DNA from: Coriobacteriia bacterium | Lineage (GTDB): Bacteria > Actinomycetota > Coriobacteriia > Anaerosomatales > JAAXUF01 | Direction of reading: 5' to 3' | Length of the DNA: 64,000 nt | NCBI GenBank assembly: GCA_038245725.1 | Contig: JBBRSD010000004.1 | Span: forward strand, 107,599 to 171,598 | Shown here: piece by piece, positions 54,549-61,683 of the stretch | How the letters are laid out: every line of letters starts with the position of its first letter | How positions within the stretch are numbered: the stretch's first letter is position 1 | Notes under the pieces: model-generated | Told to the model about the DNA's origin: nothing | Databases searched by the model: none | The model's input: the letters and a program-made list of their open reading frames with translations, nothing else | Position numbers and translations under genes: made by a program

Positions 54549-55756
54549 GCGCCCGGAACAAGGAGACGCAATCCTCTCACGGTCTCGGCGATATGCTGCG
54601 GGAGGTGGGCCGCAAGCTCGCACAGGGTGAAGCGGGCACGCTCCTCGTCTTGTTGATGGTCGGAGCGATCTGGACCTTCTTCCAGTTCCAAAACGACCGG
54701 TTCCTAAGCGCGGGGAACCTGACCAACCTGATGCTTCAGCAAGCTGCGGTGGCGACCATCTCGATCGGCGTCGTGCTCATTCTGCTTCTCGGCGAGATCG
54801 ACCTGTCGGTAGGAGCCGTCAGTGGTTTCTGCGCCGCCGTGATGGCGGTTCTGAGCGAGCTGCACCACGTCTCCCCCGCTCTAGCGATCGGCGCCGCGCT
54901 CCTGCTCGGCGCGACGATCGGACTGTTCAACGGGTTCATGGTCACGCGCTTCCGGATACCATCCTTCGTCGTCACGCTGGCCGGCTCGCTCACGCTCGTA
55001 GGACTGCAGCTCTATATTCTCGGCGGAACCGGAACGGTGAACATCACCAACAGTTCCGTCACGGATCTAACCAGCACGTTCTTCTCGGCTGCTGTCGGCT
55101 GGGGCATCACCGTGACTGTTGTCGCACTCGCGCTTGGTTTCTCCCTGATCCGGCGCACACGCCGACGGGCGGCGGGTCTGACCGTGGAACCGATGCGAGC
55201 CCTCGTCGCACGGATCGTACTCATAGGCGCGGCCTTGGTCGCCCTCATCGTGGTCGTCAACTTGGACAGAGGGCTGCCGCTGGTCGTCTGCATCGTAGTT
55301 GTCCTGGCGCTCGTCTTCGCCTACGTCACCGAACGCACGCGCTTCGGCCGCCACATGTTCGCCGTTGGGGGCAACGCAGAGGCCGCCCGGCGAGCCGGTA
55401 TCAAGATCGATCACGTACGCATCCTCGTCTTTACGCTCGGCTCAACGCTCGCCGCACTGGGGGGTGTGCTTGCGGCCTCGCGCCTCTTCGCAGTCAACCA
55501 GTCTTCTGGCGGCAGCGACCTTCTGCTCATGGCGATAGCGGGTCCAGTCATCGCTGGAACCAGCCTGTTCGGCGGACGCGGCTCGGTGTGGTCGGCGCTT
55601 CTCGGCGCGATCGTGATCGGATCGATCGCCAACGGCATGAACCTGCTTGCGCTGGACTCGTCAGTGAAGTACATCGTCACCGGAGCGGTCCTGATCGCGG
55701 CCGTCACGATCGAGTCGATAACGCGCATCCGCCGTCGTGGCGGGATGATCGAATAG
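54545..55756 (+). CDS. Sugar ABC transporter permease (XylH-like)
   Basis: ATGA overlap with the ATPase gene. Multi-TM. GNAEAARRAGI motif typical of CUT2 permeases. Confidence 0.85.
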   Translation: MSARNKETQSSHGLGDMLREVGRKLAQGEAGTLLVLLMVGAIWTFFQFQNDRFLSAGNLTNLMLQQAAVATISIGVVLILLLGEIDLSVGAVSGFCAAVMAVLSELHHVSPALAIGAALLLGATIGLFNGFMVTRFRIPSFVVTLAGSLTLVGLQLYILGGTGTVNITNSSVTDLTSTFFSAAVGWGITVTVVALALGFSLIRRTRRRAAGLTVEPMRALVARIVLIGAALVALIVVVNLDRGLPLVVCIVVVLALVFAYVTERTRFGRHMFAVGGNAEAARRAGIKIDHVRILVFTLGSTLAALGGVLAASRLFAVNQSSGGSDLLLMAIAGPVIAGTSLFGGRGSVWSALLGAIVIGSIANGMNLLALDSSVKYIVTGAVLIAAVTIESITRIRRRGGMIE

Positions 55757-55825
55757 TCGCCCCGCCTCACCGGCGGCTCGACGTTTCGCCAACTGCCACA
55801 AGTACTCGACGTCCGGACGGATGTG

Positions 55826-56002
55826 CTCGCTGCCGTACGCATCGGCCGTATCGAAGATGTTGACGCCGAGGTCCAAGGCACGGTTAAGCGTGGCCAGCGG
55901 CTGCGTGTCGTCCACGGCGCCCCATGAGCTGCCCATCGCCCAGGTGCCCAGACCCACAGTCGATATCTTCCAGCCAGTGCGCCCGAGCTCGCGGTATTCC
56001 AT
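55826..56002 (-). pseudogene. Aldo/keto reductase N-terminal remnant (about 60 codons recognisable)
   Basis: From ATG 56002: MEYRELGRTGWKISTVGLGTWAMGSSWGAVDDTQPLATLNRALDLGVNIFDTADAYGSE is a canonical AKR N-terminus. The similarity then ends, and the reading frame runs into the 3' end of the convergent permease gene (stop 55756), so no room is left for the remaining ~260 aa. Confidence 0.6.
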
Positions 56003-56172
56003 GAACGTCTCCTCGTCGCTGCCGACACGCACTCCCGACGCGTCGGACGTGCGCGGTCGCTCATCGCCCACATGGCTCATACCCCGGCGGGCGCCACAGG
56101 CGGCATTTCGCCTTGCGATATCGCGCAAAGGGGTATCAACAAGGCAGGTCAAATGAACGAAGGGGGCACTCA

Positions 56173-56493
56173 ATGGGTTGTTGTCTGGGAATCCTACTGC
56201 TCGGTGGCGCGCCGCGCCTGGCCCTTCTGCTCTGGTGGTTCTTGGATCCGACCCGAATCTACGCCGCATTCCACGGATGGAGTACGACAGTCGGAACCGT
56301 GACCCTCGGTACGTGGATCTGGCCGCTGGTCGGCCTTCTGGTACTGCCCTGGACTACGGTCGCATTCGTGTTCGTAGCGCCCGGTGGAGTGTCCATGCTT
56401 GAGTGGGTCGTCCTCGGAATCGCTCTTCTCCTCGACCTCAGCACTCATGGAGGCAGCGGCCGCGTGTACCGTCAGCGCCAGTCGAGCGTCTAG
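56173..56493 (+). CDS. Hypothetical small membrane protein (106 aa, about 3 TM helices)
   Basis: ORF 56113-56493. Start set to ATG 56173 after GAAGGGGG. MGCCLGILLLGGAPRLALLLWWF ... hydrophobic segments. No family recognised. Confidence 0.5.
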   Translation: MGCCLGILLLGGAPRLALLLWWFLDPTRIYAAFHGWSTTVGTVTLGTWIWPLVGLLVLPWTTVAFVFVAPGGVSMLEWVVLGIALLLDLSTHGGSGRVYRQRQSSV

Positions 56494-56524
56494 CAAAAAC
56501 CAGCAAGGCTTAACCTGAAGCTGG

Positions 56525-57664
56525 TCAGCGCGACGCGATGAGCCGCTCGTTGAAAGAGCGCGGATCCATGCTGTACGTCATCGCCACCTCATGGCTCACG
56601 CGGCGCTCCCTCACCAGCTCAGCCAGACGCATGTCGAAGATGACCATGCCGTCCTTGACGCCGGCATGCATCGTGGGCTCGAGCTGATGGGTCTTGCTGT
56701 CTCGAATAAGGTTGCGAACCGCCGCATTGGCGATAAGCACCTCGGCTACGCACACCCGTCCACCGTCAATGAGTGGCACGAGCCGCTGGGACACGACCGC
56801 TTCGAGCGATGCCGCCAGCTGCAGTCGGATCTGAGTTTGCTGATGCGGTGGAAACGCATCGATGATGCGGTCGATCGCCTGCGCCGCGCTGTTGGTATGA
56901 AGAGTAGCGAAGATGAGGTGCCCGGTCTCGGCCGCGCTCACTGCTGCGCTGATAGTCTCGAGATCACGCATCTCGCCGATGAGGATGACATCGGGGTCTT
57001 CTCGCAGCGAGCTGCGGAGGGCTTGCGCGAAGTCCGAAGTGTCTCTCCCCACCTCGCGCTGTTGCACGATCGACTGCTCATGGGTGTGCACGTACTCGAT
57101 CGGGTCCTCAATGGTGATGACGTGAACGTTTCTCTCCCGGTTGATCTTGCCGATGAGTGCAGCCAGAGTTGTCGACTTCCCGCTGCCCGTGGGCCCGGTC
57201 ACGAGCACGAGCCCCTGCTTCAGGTGCGCGAACGTGCCCACCACCCGCGGCAATCCGAGTGGATCAAGCGACGGCGGTCCATCCGGGATTCTGCGCAGTG
57301 CCGCCGATACGTCACCGCGCTCATGGAATGCATTGACTCGATACCTGCCGAGACCGCGTCGCCCGAAGGAGAAGTCCAGCTCCAGCTCAAGCTCGAACTT
57401 CGCGCGCTGGTCCTTGGTCATCATGCTCGTCACCAAGTACTGGGATATGTCCGACGTCAGCACACGGGTGCCCGGAACCGGAGCGAGGTCCCCATTGATG
57501 CGAGCCATTGGCTTGATACCTGCCGAGATGTGCATGTCACTCGCATTCGTCTCGACGAGGAATGCGAGCATGGAGTCCAGCGCCGGGATGCTCTGGTCCT
57601 CAGGAGTCGGCTTCGAATCGGTCGCGCGGCGTGCGCGCCGCAACGGCTTGGGCTGGTCGCTCAT
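56525..57664 (-). CDS. pilT: Type IV pilus retraction ATPase PilT
   Basis: ORF 56525-57679. ATG 57664. Walker A GPTGSGKST, Walker B ILIGEMRD, His box TGHLIFATLHTNSA, PilT motif AVRNLIRD. Confidence 0.85.
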   Translation of the reverse strand: MSDQPKPLRRARRATDSKPTPEDQSIPALDSMLAFLVETNASDMHISAGIKPMARINGDLAPVPGTRVLTSDISQYLVTSMMTKDQRAKFELELELDFSFGRRGLGRYRVNAFHERGDVSAALRRIPDGPPSLDPLGLPRVVGTFAHLKQGLVLVTGPTGSGKSTTLAALIGKINRERNVHVITIEDPIEYVHTHEQSIVQQREVGRDTSDFAQALRSSLREDPDVILIGEMRDLETISAAVSAAETGHLIFATLHTNSAAQAIDRIIDAFPPHQQTQIRLQLAASLEAVVSQRLVPLIDGGRVCVAEVLIANAAVRNLIRDSKTHQLEPTMHAGVKDGMVIFDMRLAELVRERRVSHEVAMTYSMDPRSFNERLIASR

Positions 57665-58049
57665 GTGGGAACCCCTCAACTTCGGCGGCTACCGTACGTG
57701 GACGCGAAACGGATCCATGGTCCCAGACTCAACTGTCAGGATATCAGTATGCTCGTCAGGCTTGGCACGTGCCGACTCCGGAGCTTCGAACCCGCGGCCA
57801 CGTGTGGACGCGGCTCTCGACGTGCCGCAGGAGGTCTGCGTTGTGATCGCCAGCAAGCCGGTTTGATCCGGCTTCCTCCATCCTGATTATGCCGCTCCGC
57901 CGCAAGTCGCACGCAAAGGGATGTCCCCCTGCGAGTCGAGCGCCTGCGAAAGTCATGGCGGCAACTCAGAATCGACCGACTCTTAGCAGCATATTCTGGG
58001 TATTCACGCACAAGCCGGACACATTGCGGACAAGTCTGAGAGGCTCTTT

Positions 58050-61000
58050 ATGCGATGGATCGTTGGATCCAGTGTTCGGCTTGCTGTAGTGGTCGTGGTC
58101 GTGGTCGCACTGTCTCTCGCCGGCGGCGTCGTGTTGCTCGGCCGCGCGCCCGTCGATACTCTGCCGGAGCTTCTGCCGCCTCAAGTTCAGGTCCAGACCG
58201 ATGCCATCGGGCTCTCCAGCCATGAGGTCGAGCAGTTTCTCGTGGTACCCGCCGAGGGCGAACTCGCAAACGTCGCTTATCTCGATCACCTGACGTCGCG
58301 CTCAGTACCGGGAATGTCATCGATTCTGCTGAGCTTCAAGCCAGGCACGAGCGTCTGGAACGCACGCCAGCTTGTCGCGGAACGCATGGCACAGGTTCCT
58401 CTGCCCGTTGACGTGGGCACCCCGCCCGTGTTGATCCAGCCCCTCTCCTCTTCAAGTCGGGCGATGATGGTCGGGCTCAGCTCTACCGCGGTTGCGCCCA
58501 TCGATCTGACGACTCTCGCCAAGTGGCGCATCAGACCGCGCCTGCTTGCAGTTCCGGGAGTCGCCAATGTGACGATCTGGGGCCAAAAGGATCGCGAGAT
58601 GCTGGTGCTGCTTGACCCGGTCAGGATGAGCCGCACTGAGGTGACCCTCGACCAGGTCATGGCGTCGGTGGGTGACTCCATGTGGACCTCGCCGCTCACC
58701 TTCGTGGCAGCCTCCACCCCGGGTGCAGACGGCGTGATCGACACGCCCAACCAACGTCTGACGATCCAGCACGTGCTACCGATCATCTCGTCCAAGGACC
58801 TAGTGAACGTGCCGATCGAAGGCACAGGAGTGCGCAGGGTCAGCGTCGGCGACGTGTCGACGGTCATCGAAGATCACAGCCTTCTCATCGGCGACGCAGT
58901 CCTTAAGAAGGGCCCCGGGCTTATCCTCGTGGTCGAGAAGCTCCCTGGTGCCGACGCGCTCGCTGTCGACCGCGGCGTGGAATCGGCCATGGGCGAGCTT
59001 GAGCCGGGCCTGTCGGGAATCACGATAGATACCAGCCTGTTTAGACCAGGCACCTACCTCGCCGACTCGCTGCGCTCGATCGGGATCGCGGGTCTGATCG
59101 CGCTCCTCGCTGTGTGCGCGTGGCTTGGCGTCGCCTACCGCTCGTGGCGCGTCGCACTCTCCGCCGGAATCTCCATCGCTGCTTCGTTGTTGGCGGCGTC
59201 CCTTGTGTTGTTGGCAGCCGGCCTGACCTTCAATGTCGCGATCTTGACCGGGCTCGTCATGGCTCTGGGAGTGATCGTCGACGACGTCGTGGTCGCGGCC
59301 TCCGCACTGAAGTATCACCCCGCGCGGGAAGGTGAAACCAGCGTGGGCCTAACGCCTTCGGAATCGGTCGCCGAAACGCTCCTTTCGGCCCGCACGTCCC
59401 TCGGCTTCGCGTTCGCCGTACTCGTGTTGGTGTCGGTACCCTTCTTCTTCGTCCCCGGGATTGCTGGAACGCTTTCCATGCAGCTGATCATCGCCTACCT
59501 CGCGGCGCTCGTTGCGTCGGCGGCTGTTGCAGCGGTCGTGACTCCGGCGCTCGTCTTCATCTTGCTGCCGGCCTCGGCGCCACAGGCCGCTGGCGCGGAG
59601 AACCGGTTCGCTTATCGCACCCAGAAGGGTGTGCGTTTCGCCGAGAAGCGGCCGGGTCTCGTCGCGCTGGTCGTTGCCGCTGTCGTGCTCGTGGGCATCG
59701 CAGGAGCCGTGCTATCACTCCCTCGCTCGTTCGTCCCGAGCCTCCGCGACGGAGGCCTCGTCGTCCACTGGCAGGCGGCGTCGGGTACTTCGCTTGACGA
59801 GATGAAGCGCATCACCGCACGGGCCGAGCAGCCGATTAGAGCGCTTCCCGGAGTTCTGAGCGTGACGAGCCATGTAGGACAAGCGCTCTCGGGCGACCAG
59901 ATTGTTGGCAGCGACGCAGCCGAGACATGGATCAGCCTTGGCCCCAAGGTGGAGTACGGCCAGACCGTGCGCGAGGTGAATCGCATCCTCAGCGCTTTCC
60001 CGGGCCTCAGGCACACCGTCGAGTCCTACGCCGACAGCGCCGTCAGACGCGCGGCTACAGATTCGAGCACGGATGTGAACGTTCGCGTGTACGGTTCAAA
60101 CATCGACGGGCTGAACTCGGCTGCGGCCCAGGTGCGCCGAGCCATCGCCACAATCCCCGGAGTTGCCGGCACAAGCGTGACCACATCGACTACCCAGCCA
60201 CTGATTCAGATTACGACCGACATCGGGAAGGCCGCCCGCTACGGCTTGAAGCCTGGTGACGTCCGCCGGCAGACCGCGGCGCTCATGAGCGGCATCCCGG
60301 TGGGCAGCTACTACCAGGACCAGCAGGTCTTTGAAGTGGCGGTGTGGGGTGGTCCGGCCCTGCGCCAGAACCCCAAAAGCGTTGAGAACCTGCCTATCTT
60401 TGCCTCCGACGGCGCCCGGATACCGCTCAAGACCGTCGCTTCGGTTGCATTTGTGCCGGAGCCCTCGATTGTTGACCACGACAAGGCGTCGCGCTTCCTC
60501 GATATCAAACTTGCGGTAAGCGGCGCCGGCGCGAGTTCGGTAACCGCCGCGGTCAAACAACGAATGAGGTCCCTGGCGCTGCCGCTGGGCTACCACACGG
60601 AGGTCTCCAGTCCTCTCGGGGAGCGTAAAAGGGCCGAAACGGATCTCGCCCTCATCGCGATGGCCGTGGTGATTGGAATCCTTCTGCTGCTGCAAGCGGC
60701 TCTTCAGAGCTGGCGTAAGGCGGCGCTGGTCCTCGTGCTGATGCCCTTCGCCGTCTCGGGCAGCGTGCTGGCGGCGGCGATTTTTGGCTGGGGGATGACG
60801 ATCGGTGTCGTGGCTGGCGTGGTTACCGTTCTCGGTCTCGCCCTGCGAAACGCCACGCTGCTCATCCGCCGCTTCGAAGACGCGGGTGAATACCCCCGCG
60901 CACGTGAGGAGCTGCGTGTTGTCGCGACGGTCACGGCTGACTCAGCGCTGCCAATCGTCGCCAGCGCGGTGGCCACAGCTCTGGCCGTCAGTCCCTTCGT

Positions 61001-61166
61001 GATTCTCGGCAACGTGAGTGGCATCGAGATACTCAAGCCTTTTGCCGTGGTCGTTTTGTTCGGGCTCGTCACGTCGACAGTGCTCACCCTGCTTGTTCTT
61101 CCCGCGCTGTACAGGCCCTGGGGAATATCGCGCTCACGCCGTACGGACATCGAAGGAGCACAGTGA
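58050..61166 (+). CDS. RND efflux permease 1 (AcrB/CzcA superfamily; N-terminus CzcA/CusA-like)
   Basis: 1038 aa with 12-TM RND topology. PVDTLPELLPPQVQVQTDAIGLSSHEVEQFLVVPAEG. TM4 region LGVIVDDVVV. Confidence 0.85.
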   Translation: MRWIVGSSVRLAVVVVVVVALSLAGGVVLLGRAPVDTLPELLPPQVQVQTDAIGLSSHEVEQFLVVPAEGELANVAYLDHLTSRSVPGMSSILLSFKPGTSVWNARQLVAERMAQVPLPVDVGTPPVLIQPLSSSSRAMMVGLSSTAVAPIDLTTLAKWRIRPRLLAVPGVANVTIWGQKDREMLVLLDPVRMSRTEVTLDQVMASVGDSMWTSPLTFVAASTPGADGVIDTPNQRLTIQHVLPIISSKDLVNVPIEGTGVRRVSVGDVSTVIEDHSLLIGDAVLKKGPGLILVVEKLPGADALAVDRGVESAMGELEPGLSGITIDTSLFRPGTYLADSLRSIGIAGLIALLAVCAWLGVAYRSWRVALSAGISIAASLLAASLVLLAAGLTFNVAILTGLVMALGVIVDDVVVAASALKYHPAREGETSVGLTPSESVAETLLSARTSLGFAFAVLVLVSVPFFFVPGIAGTLSMQLIIAYLAALVASAAVAAVVTPALVFILLPASAPQAAGAENRFAYRTQKGVRFAEKRPGLVALVVAAVVLVGIAGAVLSLPRSFVPSLRDGGLVVHWQAASGTSLDEMKRITARAEQPIRALPGVLSVTSHVGQALSGDQIVGSDAAETWISLGPKVEYGQTVREVNRILSAFPGLRHTVESYADSAVRRAATDSSTDVNVRVYGSNIDGLNSAAAQVRRAIATIPGVAGTSVTTSTTQPLIQITTDIGKAARYGLKPGDVRRQTAALMSGIPVGSYYQDQQVFEVAVWGGPALRQNPKSVENLPIFASDGARIPLKTVASVAFVPEPSIVDHDKASRFLDIKLAVSGAGASSVTAAVKQRMRSLALPLGYHTEVSSPLGERKRAETDLALIAMAVVIGILLLLQAALQSWRKAALVLVLMPFAVSGSVLAAAIFGWGMTIGVVAGVVTVLGLALRNATLLIRRFEDAGEYPRAREELRVVATVTADSALPIVASAVATALAVSPFVILGNVSGIEILKPFAVVVLFGLVTSTVLTLLVLPALYRPWGISRSRRTDIEGAQ

Positions 61167-61663
61167 TGACTCACCGCACGCTCGTTATCTGCGCAGGGCT
61201 GTTGGCGGTGGCGCTTACACTCGCTGGATGCGCGCGCGAGACCGTCGTCGAACCGTCCGACCCGACTACCGTCAAGGCCATCAAGGACACCGACCTCAAC
61301 GAGATCAAGTTGGCCGACATCGCGTTTCGCAACGTCGGCATTCAGACGGTTGCCGTGCGCGAGGCAACGAGCTCGCCCACGGCGGCACCTGCCACGGGCA
61401 CTGCAACCGCGACGCCGGCGTCGGTCGTGAAGGCAAAGCGCCGGCTGGTGATTCCGCAGAGCGCCTTGGTATTCAACCCGGATGGCTTCCCGTTCGTTTA
61501 CACGAGCCCTTCGCCCCGGACCTATGTTCGATCTCCGGTCGTGGTCGACCGTTACGTCGGCACCGACATCCTGCTGATCTCGGGGCCAGCGGTCGGCACC
61601 CTCGTGGTTACCGTGGGCGATCCTGAACTTCTTGGCATCGAATATGGAGTCGGAGCAGAGTGA
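61163..61663 (+). CDS. 166-aa lipoprotein resembling a minimal membrane-fusion (periplasmic adaptor) protein
   Basis: GTGA/TGATG overlap with the RND1 stop. Lipobox LTLAGC. N-segment IKLADIAFRNVGIQTVAVRE and C-segment RRLVIPQSALVFNPDGFPFVYT...VRSPVVVDRYVGTDILLISGPAVGTLVVTVG look like the two ends of HlyD/MFP proteins. They are joined by TSSPTAAPATGTATATPAS. Confidence 0.6.
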   Translation: MMTHRTLVICAGLLAVALTLAGCARETVVEPSDPTTVKAIKDTDLNEIKLADIAFRNVGIQTVAVREATSSPTAAPATGTATATPASVVKAKRRLVIPQSALVFNPDGFPFVYTSPSPRTYVRSPVVVDRYVGTDILLISGPAVGTLVVTVGDPELLGIEYGVGAE

Positions 61664-61683
61664 GCTCGCAAGGTAGATCGGTT

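Noticed and set aside
57781-57800. tRNA-like T-loop sequence GCTTCGAACCCGCGG in the pilT/RND intergenic region.
   Set aside because: The flanking sequence cannot form a T-stem, acceptor stem or anticodon arm, so there is no cloverleaf.
58089-58106. (GTGGTC)x3 hexanucleotide repeat encoding the poly-Val run in the first TM helix of RND1. It could be a slippage or phase-variation site.
   Set aside because: Only three in-frame units lie within a hydrophobic helix. Slippage would add or remove Val-Val without switching the gene off.
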